Shown: positions 1-10,097, counted from the stretch's first letter. The stretch is DNA of 64,000 nt from an uncultured Spirochaetota bacterium (GCA_963734545.1 CAVTHO010000008.1:640001-704000), one strand, 5' to 3'. Translations and numbers: made by a program. The notes: generated by a model not told the origin, from the letters alone.

Positions 1-763
1 GCAGGATCACGATCACGGTCGCGGCCATGAGGAAGTTCCACTGCGTGGAATAGCTCCCGATGAAGTGCGTGAGACCGAGCGCAAGCGTGTAGGTTTTCGG
101 GTCGTTGAGGTAGATCAGGGGCCCGAAGAAATCGTTCCACTGGAAAAAGAACTGGAAGAGACCCACCGCGATGAGAGCGGGCTGGATGAAGGGGAGCAGG
201 ATCTGCCAGTAGATGCGGAAGTAGTTTGCCCCGTCCATCCGTGCCGCATCGTCGAAATCCTTCGGGATCGTGAGGAAGAACTGCCGCAGGAGGAAAACGT
301 TGAACGCGCCGCCGCCGAACCAGAACGGCACGATCAGCGGATAGAAAGTGTTCACGAGGTGCACCTTGGTCCACATGATGAACTGCGGGATCAGTACGAC
401 CGCGGGGGGAAGGATGATCGCGCCGAGGACCATCGCAAACCAGAAGTTCCGCAGCGGGAACCTGAACCTGGCCAGTCCGTATGCCGACATGCTCGACGTG
501 ACGAGAGTGGCCAGCACGGTCGGGATGACGACGATAAGGGTGTTCCGGAAATACAGCAGGAAGGGCGACGTAGTCATCGCGATCGGCGTAGTTCTCCCAG
601 CGGGTGCGGGTTGCCCACAGGAGCGGCGGGTACTTGAACACCTCGACCAGGGTCATGAGCGAGCTGCGCACCAGCCAGAATATGGGTAGCAGGCAGGCAA
701 CGGCGCCGACCGTGAGCACGAGATAGAGCAGTGCCCCGCTGGACCGTCCGGGCAGCGGCTCAT
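1..763 (-). CDS. Carbohydrate ABC transporter permease (MalG/UgpE-like), partial at window edge, frameshifted
   Basis: Minus-strand text includes NVFLLRQFFLTIPKDFDDAARMDGA (EAA loop) and FQWNDFFGPLIYL. ATG at 763 with GAAGGAG RBS; ATGA overlap with the upstream permease. Confidence 0.85.
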
Positions 764-1743
764 GCGTTGGCTCCTTCGTAGTAGACCCACTGCGCGTGAC
801 CAGCGGAAAAGGACCAGCCCGAGGAGCGACACGATGAGGAACAGGACCCACGCCAGGGCGGCGGCGCCGCCCATGTTGTTGCGCTCAAACCCCTCGCGGT
901 ACATGAGGTAGACGTAGAAGAGGCTCGCGTTGTTGGGGCCGCCGCTGGTCATGACGTAGGACTGTGTGAAGATCTGGAACGAGTTGATGAGACCGACGAC
1001 GATGTTGAAGAACGTGACCGGCGAGATCATGGGCCACGTGATGGCCCGGAACTTGTGCCACCAGTTGCCGCCGTCTATCTCCACCGCCTCCAGAAGCTGG
1101 CGCGGCACTCCCTGAAGGGCCGCGAGGAAGATCACGATCGTGTTGCCCGCGCCTCCCCAGACGCTCATGAGGACGATCGAAGGGACGACCGTGGTCTGGT
1201 TGGCGAGCCAGAGGGACTTGGGGAAGCCCGAGCCCCTGGAGGATCTCGTTGAACAGCCCGAAATCGGGGTTGTAGAGCCACAGCCACAGGGCGCTGCTCG
1301 CCACGATGGGCACGATGGTCGGCAGGTAGAAGATGCTTCGATAGATGCCCCTCCCCCGGATCTTCTGGTTGAGGAGGAGAGCGACGATCAGCGAGTAGAC
1401 GATCGTGAGGGCGACATTGAGCGACGACAAAGTACACCGTCACGAGAAGCGAGTTCCAGAAATACAGGTCCGTGGTGAACGAGCCGGACGTAGTTGCGGA
1501 TCCCGACCCAGTGGGGAGCCGTGAGCACGTTCCAGTCGGTCAGGCTGATCGAGCAGCGCTGCCGATCATCGGAACGATCACCCAGATGATCAGCCCCAGG
1601 ATCACCGGCGATGCGAAGAGATACCCGACGAGCGCTTCCCGGGACTCCCTGCGCCGCTGCCGATGCCTTTCACGCCGTCCCATCGTTCCTCCCGGCCCTG
1701 CCGTACGGGCACCGCGAGCCCGCTTCCGCGCGCGCGCCCTCAT
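760..1743 (-). CDS. Carbohydrate ABC transporter permease (MalF/UgpA-like), several apparent sequencing frameshifts
   Basis: Fragments GYLFASPVILGLIIW, RSIFYLPTIVPIVAS and IFLAALQGVPRQLLEAVEIDGG across ORFs 1540-1743, 885-1430 and 653-1168. Start may be 1683. Confidence 0.85.
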
Positions 1744-1745
1744 GC

Positions 1746-1776
1746 GTCAAAGAGCCCCGTGAGGGAGCTCTTTGAC
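1746..1776. terminator. Stem-loop between the SBP and permease genes
   Basis: GTCAAAGAGC-CCC-GTGA-GGG-A-GCTCTTTGAC inverted repeat. Confidence 0.6.
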
Positions 1777-1798
1777 TCTTGATGATACTACCAGAAAC

Positions 1799-3161
1799 CT
1801 ATTTCCCCTGGAAGATCGGGCGTGATCTTCGGCATGATCTCGTTCTTGATCACGTCCGCGGCGGTCTTCTGGCCCAGCCACACCTGGCCGAGAGCGGCCT
1901 CGATCACGTCGTCCATCTTCGAGAAAGTCGGCACGTAGTACAGGGGAAGCTGGTGCGAGTAGTTGAGCGGCGAAATCGACGACCGCGGTCTTGTACTCGG
2001 GCGGATGGCGGGGGTTGTCGATCCACTGGGAGAGCAGCTTCGGATCCGTGTACCACTGCTTCTCGTTCGGCAGCCAGATGCCGCTCTGCAGCAGGGGCAG
2101 CGAGTTCTCGGGATTCATGACGAACTCCAGGAGCGTGAGCGCCTCGGGAAGGTGCTTCGTGCTCTTGTACACGACGATCGGCGTCCCGACCGAGGTGGTG
2201 GCGAGCTTCTTCATGTAGGGCAGCACGCCGACGCCGAAGTCGAGTCCCTGCTGCTCCTTCGTGATCCCGATGGTCAGCAGGTCCCACGTGCCGTCCATGA
2301 CCATTGCCACCTGCCCGCTGAGCAAGGCCGTGGCCGCGGCGTCGGGCATCTGCTGCGTGCCGGGACGGGGCTCACGTGGTGCACGTTGATCAGGTCCGCC
2401 ATCTTCTGGATGGCATCGATCGTCGCCGGATCGTCCAGGAGCAGCTTCTTGCCGTCCGGGCTGACGCATGCCGCCGCCGTTGCTGATGGCAAAGGTGATC
2501 CAGGGCATCCACCAGTTCTGGACCCAGGTCCCGAAGGTCCGGATGTTCTGCGGATCGAAGCCCGCGTCATTCGGGGTCTTGCCGTTCGCGTCCTTGGTCA
2601 GCTTCTTGGCAACGCTGCACGAACTGGTCCCAGCTCCAGGCCTTGCTCGCCTCCGCCGGCGGGTACGGCAGGCCCGCCGCGTCGAACATCTTCTTGCTGT
2701 ACCAGATGACCTGAATCTCGTTGGCCACGCTGATGCCCGACGATCTTGCCGTCGGGAGTGACGAACTTGATCGCGTCGAGCTTTGCGGGGGCGTTCTTGT
2801 AGAAGTCCGTCAGGTCGACGAACTGCCCGTTCATGCCCCAGGTGAGAACGTTGGGCTCGTAGAAGTAGCCGAGGTCAGGCAGGGTGTTGCTGGCCGCCAG
2901 CGTGGTGATCTTGGTGTTGAACTGGGTGTTCGACCCGAAATTCAGGGGCTCGATCTTGACGTTGGGGAACTTCGCCATGTAGCCGTTCAGATACGCGTTG
3001 GTGGCATCGATCTCGTTTTGATCGCCCCAAAAAGCGTACTGCAGCGTGACGGGCCCTTGCGACGCCGCCGCGCTTTCCGTCTGACCGGTGGCACCCACCG
3101 GGAAGACCGCGAGCAGCATGATTCCCATTGCTGCCGCGACAAACAGAGATTTCTTTGCCAT
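1799..3161 (-). CDS. Sugar ABC transporter substrate-binding protein (family 1), frameshifted
   Basis: Signal peptide MAKKSLFVAAAMGIMLLAVFPVGA with AGGAGG RBS; LQYAFWGD; LSGQVAMVMDGTWD; GVGVLP. Pieces lie in ORFs 2598-3293 and 1747-2508. Confidence 0.85.
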
Positions 3162-3322
3162 AGGCAATCCTCCTTGTGACGGGCCTGGCGCCCGCCGTGT
3201 TGAAACCGCTCCGATCGTGACTCTTCCAGACCGAGGACGGGGCTGCATCCTTTGCTCTCGTTCTCCTGTAAAAGGTAAGAACCGCATCGGCAACTCTGCA
3301 AGATGAGGCAGACGAACAAAAT

Positions 3323-3397
3323 GGGAACAATTCCGACATCAGCCCTCCGGCCCGGCGCGCGTCGGCGGGTGTGATGGCCCAGGTCGGTTTTGTCCCC
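3323..3397. promoter_or_regulatory. Inverted pair of 15-bp sites, candidate AraC-family binding sites in a divergent promoter region
   Basis: GGGAACAATTCCGAC (3323-3337, +) and GGGGACAAAACCGAC (3383-3397, -) are 12/15 identical and lie between the divergent SBP and GH127-araC-araC units. Confidence 0.4.
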
Positions 3398-3478
3398 TTT
3401 TTCTTTGAAATAAGCAACTTGCTGCCCGTTCTTTCAGGAACGCATATTCTTCAGGAGATCGCGGTGAGGAGCATGCAA

Positions 3479-5416
3479 ATGATCGGGCAGGAAACGTGGG
3501 CAATGATCGAGGCAAAGATCGATGGAGGCTTCTGGCGCGATTACCAGTCACTTGTGCGTGAAAAGGTCATTCCCTACCAGTGGAAAGCCATGAACGATGA
3601 AATCCCCGGCGCTCCGAAAAGCCACTCGGTGGAAAACTTCCGGATCGCCGCGGGAGTGGCCCATGGCACCTACGAAGGAATGGTCTTTCAGGACAGCGAC
3701 CTGTCGAAGTGGCTGGAGGCGGCGGGCTACGTGCTCGGGCAGGGACTCCCGGGCAACGAGGCCCTGCGAGCGTGGGCGGAGGAAGCGATCGATCTGATCG
3801 CGCGCGCGCAGCAGCCGGACGGCTACGTGAATACCTACTTCACGGTGAAGGAACCCGGCCGCAAGTGGAAGAACCTGCGGGAGGCGCATGAGCTGTACTG
3901 CGCGGGTCACCTGATCGAGGCCGGAGTCGCCTTTCATCGCGGAACCGGCAATCAGAAGATCCTGGAGATCGTCCGCCGCCTGGCGGACCTCATCGACGCC
4001 CGATTCGGAGTCGAGAAAGGGAAGATCAGGGGATACCCGGGTCACGAAGAGGTGGAGCTGGCCCTCGTGAAGCTCTACCGGCTTACCGGGGAGCGGCGGT
4101 ATCTCGAGCGGGCTCGGTATTTTATCGACGAGCGCGGCCGGGCCCCCCACTTCTTCGACCAGGAGGCCGCGGAGCCTGACTTTGCGTCGATCTTCGGGCT
4201 CAAGCCTCTGGGTTACCACCAGGCACACGTGCCGGTGCGGGAGCAGGCCGATGCGACAGGGCATGCCGTGCGCGCCATGTACCTCTACACTGCCATGGCC
4301 GACCTTGTCCTGGAGGGGGGGGATGGGACGCTGCTCGCCGCATGCGACCGGCTCTGGGAAAGCACCACGGCCCGGCACATGTACGTGACCGGGGGCGTGG
4401 GATCCTCCGCGCATCTCGAATCCTTCAGCGCCGACTTCGACCTGCCCAATGACACGGCATATGCGGAAACCTGCGCCGCCATAGGGCTTTTCTTCTTCGC
4501 ATCCCGCATGGCCCGGATCCACGATCACGGGCGGTACGCCGACGTCATGGAGCGCGCGTTGTACAACGGAATCATCAGCGGGCTCGCGCTGGATGGCGAG
4601 AGCTACTTCTACGTGAACCCCCTGGAGGTGGTCCCGGACGTCTGCGACTCCAACGGGACCTACCGCCGGGTGAAGTACCGGCGCCAGCCGTGGTACGGGT
4701 GCGCATGCTGCCCGCCGAACATCGCGCGCACCCTGGCGTCGCTGGGCGAGTACCTGTACCACTTGCACGGAGATACCCTTTATGTCGATCTTTACCATGA
4801 GGGAGTCTGCACCTTCACGGCGGGCGGCAGGGAAGTGACCCTCCGGCAGAGCACCACCTATCCGTGGGCGGAAAGCATCGTGTTCGAGCTCGAGTCGGAC
4901 GCGGGGGATCTCACCCTCGCGCTCCGCATTCCGTCCTGGTGCAGACAGGCAGCGGTGAGGCTCAACGGGGAATCCGCCCGGCCCGCCGCGCCCGGAGACG
5001 GCTACGCGCGCGTGCGCAGGGCCTGGAAGAAGGGGGATAAGCTGGAGCTTACCCTTCAGATGAACGTCGAAAGAATACATGCGGACCCCAGGGTTCGGGC
5101 AGACTACGGGAAGGTGGCGATCCAGCGGGGCCCCGTCGTCTACTGTCTCGAACAGGTCGACAACGGCCCCGACCTCTACAGCGTGAGCCTGCCCGCGGAC
5201 GCGAAGCTGGAGACGGTGAATCGGCCCGATCTTCTCGGTGGGGTGGTTGTCATTGCGGGTCGGGGCACGGCCCGCAGCGCGTCCCGGCCGGCAGGAGCTC
5301 TCTATCAGAGCGGGAGCAGCGACGACAGCGTCGAGGAAAGGCGGCTTCTCTTCATCCCGTATTACGCGTGGGCAAACCGCGCGCCGGGAGAGATGATCAT
5401 ATGGATGCGCGAATGA
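3479..5416 (+). CDS. Glycoside hydrolase family 127 (beta-L-arabinofuranosidase, HypBA1-like)
   Basis: Motifs FQDSDLSKWLEA, HELYCAGHLIEA, GHAVRAMY, YAETCA and CACCPPN (Zn/Cys catalytic motif). GAGGAG RBS; start 3473 or 3479. Confidence 0.93.
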   Translation: MIGQETWAMIEAKIDGGFWRDYQSLVREKVIPYQWKAMNDEIPGAPKSHSVENFRIAAGVAHGTYEGMVFQDSDLSKWLEAAGYVLGQGLPGNEALRAWAEEAIDLIARAQQPDGYVNTYFTVKEPGRKWKNLREAHELYCAGHLIEAGVAFHRGTGNQKILEIVRRLADLIDARFGVEKGKIRGYPGHEEVELALVKLYRLTGERRYLERARYFIDERGRAPHFFDQEAAEPDFASIFGLKPLGYHQAHVPVREQADATGHAVRAMYLYTAMADLVLEGGDGTLLAACDRLWESTTARHMYVTGGVGSSAHLESFSADFDLPNDTAYAETCAAIGLFFFASRMARIHDHGRYADVMERALYNGIISGLALDGESYFYVNPLEVVPDVCDSNGTYRRVKYRRQPWYGCACCPPNIARTLASLGEYLYHLHGDTLYVDLYHEGVCTFTAGGREVTLRQSTTYPWAESIVFELESDAGDLTLALRIPSWCRQAAVRLNGESARPAAPGDGYARVRRAWKKGDKLELTLQMNVERIHADPRVRADYGKVAIQRGPVVYCLEQVDNGPDLYSVSLPADAKLETVNRPDLLGGVVVIAGRGTARSASRPAGALYQSGSSDDSVEERRLLFIPYYAWANRAPGEMIIWMRE

Positions 5417-6462
5417 TGCCGTGCGGACCGGGGGATACGCAGTCCATGGGGGACGGCCTCAAACTCGATTTCATCCGGCCATTCGAGCCGGTCGAAGCAA
5501 GTCACGTCGTGGCGGAACATCCCGGGAGCAGGGTGGTACGGCCCGGCAGCTCCGCGTGCCTCATTTTCAGCGTCCATGGAGGGCTTGTCGTCCAGGACGG
5601 CCGCGCGGAGCTGGAGCTGCAAGAAAACGCGGCGCTTCTGCTTGCGCACCGCGGCGCCGGCACGATCACCCTCACGAACAGGTGCGAGGCGGACTTCTAT
5701 CTGCTGCGCTTCCGCTGGACGCAGAAGGCCGTCGCGGCTTCCGGCCAGGCTCTCCAGGTGCCCTCGCATGTCACCGTGCTCCGGCCCGGACGGCTGACGC
5801 ACCTCCTTCGCATGTATATCGAGAAGGCGAAGGGGGAGACGACAGGGCCGATGCGGAATCCGCCGAGTACGTCGATGCGAAATCCGCCGAGTACGTCGAT
5901 GCGAAATCCGCCGAGTACGTCGATGCGAAATCCGCCGAGTACGTCGATGCGGAATCCGCAAACTGCGCGGAGTACCGTGCAAGGTACGTCGATGCGGCTC
6001 ATGCTGCATCACCTGCTCGTTCTCGCGCTGTGCGAGCTGGCGCGCTCCTCCCAGGAAGGGATTCCGATGCCGGCCCGGGAGCCCGGCCTCGCGAATATCG
6101 CCTCGCGGGTGGATGCATTCATCGCCGCGCACTATCACGAGACCCTCTCGACTCCCGACATCGCCGCCGAGCTGCGCTACAACCCTGACTACCTCGAGCG
6201 CGCCTATCGCCAGGAGCGCCGTATGTCCATCCGTGAGGCAATCCACGCGCGCAGGATCAACGAGGCCCGGGCGCAGCTTCTTCTCCTGCGCAAGCAGGGC
6301 GTGGCCCAGATTGCCGCGTTGTGCGGGTACACCGATGCCGGCTATTTTCGCCGCCTCTTCAAGCGCGCCACTCACATGACCCCGCACGGCTACCGGGCCG
6401 TGAACACGGCCTTCCTCCCGGACGGCGCACCGCGCGCGGCCGGGAAGGCGCTGCACCAATGA
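5413..6462 (+). CDS. AraC-family transcriptional regulator with an in-frame repeat insertion
   Basis: Cupin-like N-terminus; C-terminal IAAELRYNPDYLERAY...IAALCGYTDAGYFRRLFKRATHMTP. ATGA overlap with GH127. Confidence 0.9.
   Translation: MMPCGPGDTQSMGDGLKLDFIRPFEPVEASHVVAEHPGSRVVRPGSSACLIFSVHGGLVVQDGRAELELQENAALLLAHRGAGTITLTNRCEADFYLLRFRWTQKAVAASGQALQVPSHVTVLRPGRLTHLLRMYIEKAKGETTGPMRNPPSTSMRNPPSTSMRNPPSTSMRNPPSTSMRNPQTARSTVQGTSMRLMLHHLLVLALCELARSSQEGIPMPAREPGLANIASRVDAFIAAHYHETLSTPDIAAELRYNPDYLERAYRQERRMSIREAIHARRINEARAQLLLLRKQGVAQIAALCGYTDAGYFRRLFKRATHMTPHGYRAVNTAFLPDGAPRAAGKALHQ
5851..5991 (+). repeat. In-frame tandem array of the 24-bp hairpin element (4 full units plus a variant), 141 bp
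   Basis: ATGCGRAATCCGCCGAGTACGTCG x4 (MRNPPSTS), followed by CCGCAAACTGCGCGG-AGTA-CCGTGCA. Flanked by the direct repeat CGATGCGG (5849-5856, 5990-5997). Confidence 0.9.
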
Positions 6463-7286
6463 CCATCCCCGTCTGCGACACCATTGAATCCCTGAACGGG
6501 GGTCAATTCGTCTCTCCGGGATTCGGCACGCACGCGGTGCGCGTGATCGATTCGTACGAGCTGATCTTCGTGACGCAGGGCCGGCTGGACATGTTCGAAG
6601 GAGAGCGCGCGTTCCACCTGGCGCGCAACCAGACGCTCCTGCTCTTCCCCGGGATCCGGCACGGCGGCCTCCTGCCCTATGCGCCTGATGCGAACTTCTA
6701 CTGGGTGCACTTCCGGCTGGCCAACCCCGGGTCCCCCGGCGCGTCGCTCCGCGTCCCCAAGGTGGCGACGGTTCGGGATCCTGAGGGGCTGACGGAGCTG
6801 TTCTGTCGGTTCATCTCCGATCAGGAGTCGGGCATCCTGGATCCGCTCAGCGCGGCCCATCTCGTCGCGCTCATGATGTGCATGATCTGCGAGGAGGAGG
6901 TACAGGCCCGGCACTCCCGGTCTCGCGGCATCCGCAGGGAGCAGGAACCGCTTGCGGTGACGATCCACCGGCACATCGACGCGAACTATGAGAAGCCGAT
7001 CACCACTTCATCGATCGCGCGGGATCTCCACTACAATCCCGACTACCTCGAGCGTGTGTTCCACAGTCACTGGAACATGTCGATCATCGACGCGGTTCAC
7101 CAGAAGCGCATCGGGCTGGCCCGCTCATCCCTGCACACGGAGCCCGGCAAGAACATCAACGAGATCGCCTTCGAATGCGGCTACGCCGACGCCGGCTACT
7201 TCCGCCGGATGTTCAAGCGCCTCACCGGCCTGACGCCGCGGGAGTTCAGAACACTCTACGCTCGAACGCACATCAACACTCACTAG
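6459..7286 (+). CDS. AraC-family transcriptional regulator (paralog of the upstream gene)
   Basis: Cupin domain (HAVRVIDSYELIFV, FYWVHF) and HTH (IARDLHYNPDYLERVF, CGYADAGYFRRMFKRLTGLTP). Confidence 0.92.
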   Translation: MTIPVCDTIESLNGGQFVSPGFGTHAVRVIDSYELIFVTQGRLDMFEGERAFHLARNQTLLLFPGIRHGGLLPYAPDANFYWVHFRLANPGSPGASLRVPKVATVRDPEGLTELFCRFISDQESGILDPLSAAHLVALMMCMICEEEVQARHSRSRGIRREQEPLAVTIHRHIDANYEKPITTSSIARDLHYNPDYLERVFHSHWNMSIIDAVHQKRIGLARSSLHTEPGKNINEIAFECGYADAGYFRRMFKRLTGLTPREFRTLYARTHINTH

Positions 7287-7346
7287 GTCGTCGCTTTGCA
7301 ATCAGAGCGGTAACGCCGAGCGCGGCCTGCCGGTGTTGAAGCAATC

Positions 7347-7889
7347 ATGAACGGCAGGAAGATCATCGTGCTGGTCGCGGCCCTCACTGTTCTGCCTCTA
7401 TCGATGGTCTGTGCAGGCGGCGCGGGCGGGCTCACGTGGGGACAGCAATTCTTCGACCCTCAACTTTCCAACTACGACTTCCAGGGAACCTGGTCGGGTG
7501 CGTACGGCTACGGCGTGACGCGTCATGGCCAGCGGATCGGCGGATTCGCCATGGCCGTCCGCTCTTCCGCGCCCGGCGGGACTTTCGACGGCGGATTTGC
7601 CGGCCTTATCACGGGCCAGGAAATGCACGCGGGGCCTTTTCTCATGGCAATAAGCCTGTGGACCGGCATCGGCGGCTTGAACGCCGACTCTGCGCTGCCC
7701 GCCGGGGGCTCGCTCGCGCTGTTCGGGGAGCTCGACCTGGAGCTGGGGCTGGGGTTCATCAGCTGGATGCAAGTGACGGGCTATGCCGGCATGCAGGCGA
7801 TCACGAGAGTTACCGGCGGACGGCCGCTGTTCAGCGGAGTCGCGTACACGCCCGTCCTCGGCGTGCGGGTTGCCTGGGGCTCGTTCTAG
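7347..7889 (+). CDS. Hypothetical exported protein, probable small outer-membrane beta-barrel
   Basis: Signal peptide; Gly/aromatic alternating strands; C-terminal VRVAWGSF ending in Phe. Confidence 0.55.
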   Translation: MNGRKIIVLVAALTVLPLSMVCAGGAGGLTWGQQFFDPQLSNYDFQGTWSGAYGYGVTRHGQRIGGFAMAVRSSAPGGTFDGGFAGLITGQEMHAGPFLMAISLWTGIGGLNADSALPAGGSLALFGELDLELGLGFISWMQVTGYAGMQAITRVTGGRPLFSGVAYTPVLGVRVAWGSF

Positions 7890-7995
7890 GGCGCCGCAAA
7901 TGTCACGGGGTACCGTGACCGCGGTACTCCGCGGATTTGGGCGCCGCAAATGTCACGGGGTACCGTGACCGCGGTACTCCGTGGATTTGGGCGCC
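7889..7995. repeat. Two tandem 50-bp units, each holding two oppositely oriented hairpins of the element family
   Basis: GGGCGCCGCAAAT-GTCACGG-GGTA-CCGTGAC-CGCGG-TACT-CCGYGG-ATTT x2, then GGGCGCC again. Lies between convergent genes. Confidence 0.9.
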
Positions 7996-8837
7996 ACGGT
8001 GGAGGAGGGCTGCGATTCGTCTGCGGGCTGCGCGACCCGGCTTGCCGGCGAATAGATCTTTTCCACCACCCAGGCCACTGTGGCGCGGGGAAGAAGCCTG
8101 ACAAGAAAAACGACCGTCTTGTACATCAGACCGGGGATGGCCCTTCGCTTTGCTTTCTTGAACGAGGCCAGCGCCTTGCGCGCGGCCCGTGCCGGGTCCA
8201 TGTAGACCCGGTCTGCCGTGCCGATCTTCCTGTCAAGACCGGAATTGGTGATCATCTCCGTGGCCATGCCGCCGGGCACGAAGGTGCAGATGGCCACCCC
8301 TTTTCCCCGGTACTCGACGGCCAACCCCTCCATGAAAGCCTGCATGCCGTGCTTGGTCGCCGCATAAACGTTCTGATACGGCGTCGTGACGAACGCGGTC
8401 ACACTGGTGACCGTGAGAAGCGCGCCCCTTGCCCGATCGAGGAAATACTTCAGAAAGAGCATGCACGCCCTCATTTCGGAGAGGAAGTTCACCGCAATGA
8501 TCTGATCGTACTTCTCCGTCGGCATGTCGAGTGTCCTGCCGTAATAGGTGAGACCGGCGCAGTTCACCAGAGCGTACACCTCGCCGATGGCGGTGGCTTC
8601 CCGAAAGAGAGTCTGCGCCCCGCCCGGCGAGCCCAGGTCAACGGAAAGCACGTGCATGCGGGATGCGCCCTGCGCCTCGATTTCGGCCTTCAGCTCTTCA
8701 AGGCGGTCGCGTCTGCGCGCCGCCACCACCACATGCGCCTGTTCTTTCAATGCGAGAGTGCGCGCGATCTCCCGCCCAAGTCCGCTGGAGGCACCGGTCA
8801 CGACAACAAGCTTCCCGTTGAAATCGAGCGCCTTCAT
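7953..8837 (-). CDS. Short-chain dehydrogenase/reductase (SDR)
   Basis: VVVTGASSGLG, LVNCAG and YAATK catalytic motif. The C-terminal tail runs into the repeat. Confidence 0.92.
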   Translation of the reverse strand: MKALDFNGKLVVVTGASSGLGREIARTLALKEQAHVVVAARRRDRLEELKAEIEAQGASRMHVLSVDLGSPGGAQTLFREATAIGEVYALVNCAGLTYYGRTLDMPTEKYDQIIAVNFLSEMRACMLFLKYFLDRARGALLTVTSVTAFVTTPYQNVYAATKHGMQAFMEGLAVEYRGKGVAICTFVPGGMATEMITNSGLDRKIGTADRVYMDPARAARKALASFKKAKRRAIPGLMYKTVVFLVRLLPRATVAWVVEKIYSPASRVAQPADESQPSSTVAPKSTEYRGHGTP

Positions 8838-8892
8838 GGAGTGTCGGGAATAGTATACCGCAGAGAGGAAGCGCCGCAAAGCGCTCGCGGCG

Positions 8893-9453
8893 CTATCGCG
8901 GCTCCTGCTTCTGCGCCGTGAAGGATGTCGGCGGCTTTTCGCGGGCAGGGTCCTTGTTGTACTCCCGGGATTGTCCGGGCGGGATGCTCAGGTACTCCCA
9001 ACGCGCGCCGCGGATCGATTTCGCCAGAAAGACGATCTGACCCACGTGGTAGCTCGCGTGGCTGAGGGAGCGATGCAGCGCCTCGCACACGAAGAGCGGC
9101 TGACCCCGGATCGTCACTGTCCTGCCCAGGTCTTCGTCATGGAGAGTCTGGAGCGTATCTGAAAGGATCTGCCATCCCTCTTCCCATTTCCGCACGAGCT
9201 CCGCGCGCGTCACCCCCCGCCGCAGAAACTCCGACTCCCTGTCGCGCCAGGGCTTCTCCCCGTCGCTCGCGAGGAAATCGCTGAAACGGGAGGCGAGATT
9301 GCCTGAAATGTGCCACACCAGCGTGGTCACGGAGTTCCCTTCCCCCGGGGCTGCCTGGGTCAGCTCGGATTCACCGAGCTGACCGAAGGCGCGCTCACCC
9401 AGGGCCTTGTAGCGCTTGTATTCTCCTTCGATGGATGCCACCACCTGTCTCAT
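8893..9453 (-). CDS. DUF1572 / DinB-like protein
   Basis: NSVTTLVWHISGNLASRFSDFL, DGEKPWRDRESEF and HASYHVGQI; AGGAGG RBS. Confidence 0.85.
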   Translation of the reverse strand: MRQVVASIEGEYKRYKALGERAFGQLGESELTQAAPGEGNSVTTLVWHISGNLASRFSDFLASDGEKPWRDRESEFLRRGVTRAELVRKWEEGWQILSDTLQTLHDEDLGRTVTIRGQPLFVCEALHRSLSHASYHVGQIVFLAKSIRGARWEYLSIPPGQSREYNKDPAREKPPTSFTAQKQEPR

Positions 9454-9463
9454 GATTTCCTCC

Positions 9464-9492
9464 TTGACAGTCATTCTATTAATGTATAAGCT
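9464..9492 (+). promoter_or_regulatory. Sigma70-type promoter for the RRM gene
   Basis: TTGACA-N17-TAAGCT. Confidence 0.6.
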
Positions 9493-9689
9493 TCTGCCTG
9501 GACTTCAAAAAGATGGCTTCGTGGAGTCCGATACGAAGAAAAAGAAGCCGAATCATTCGGACCTTTCCGTTTCTACCCCGAAGGAACATCCGACCGGACA
9601 GCGGTATCCACAAAAGATCCTGCCATGTTCTGCTCCTTAACCGGTATGAATCAAAGGGCGATGATGAAGAAAACTCCAAGGAGGAGAAC

Positions 9690-9986
9690 TTGAACAAGAA
9701 ATTGTACGTTGGCGGGCTGTCCTATTCGGTGACCGATGAGCAGCTTCAGCAGCTTTTTGCCGGTCATGGGACCGTGGAATCGGCGAAAGTGGTCACGGAC
9801 CGTGAAACCAGCCGCTCACGTGGTTTTGGATTCGTCGAAATGAGCACCCAGGAAGAGGCCGAGAAGGCCATCGCGGCGCTCAACGGCACGCAGCACGAGG
9901 GCAGGAGCCTGACGGTAAACATCTCCAAGCCCCGCGAAGATCGTCCCGCCAGGAGCGGCGGGGGCGGGTACCGCGACCGCTACTAG
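9690..9986 (+). CDS. RRM-domain RNA-binding protein (Rbp-type)
   Basis: RNP2 KLYVGGL, RNP1 RGFGFVEM and Gly-rich tail; TTG start after AGGAGG. Confidence 0.95.
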   Translation: MNKKLYVGGLSYSVTDEQLQQLFAGHGTVESAKVVTDRETSRSRGFGFVEMSTQEEAEKAIAALNGTQHEGRSLTVNISKPREDRPARSGGGGYRDRY

Positions 9987-10008
9987 AAAATACTGAGACA
10001 GTAGAATC

Positions 10009-10038
10009 AGGGGGGGCAGGTCGGCCCCCCCTTTTTTT
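10009..10038 (+). terminator. Rho-independent terminator
   Basis: AGGGGGGGC-AGGTCG-GCCCCCCCT followed by a T-tract. Confidence 0.85.
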
Positions 10039-10097
10039 GTCCTTTCTCCTTCCCCCCGTCTTGGGTCAGCAGGTCTCCCGGTGATATATTATCCGGG

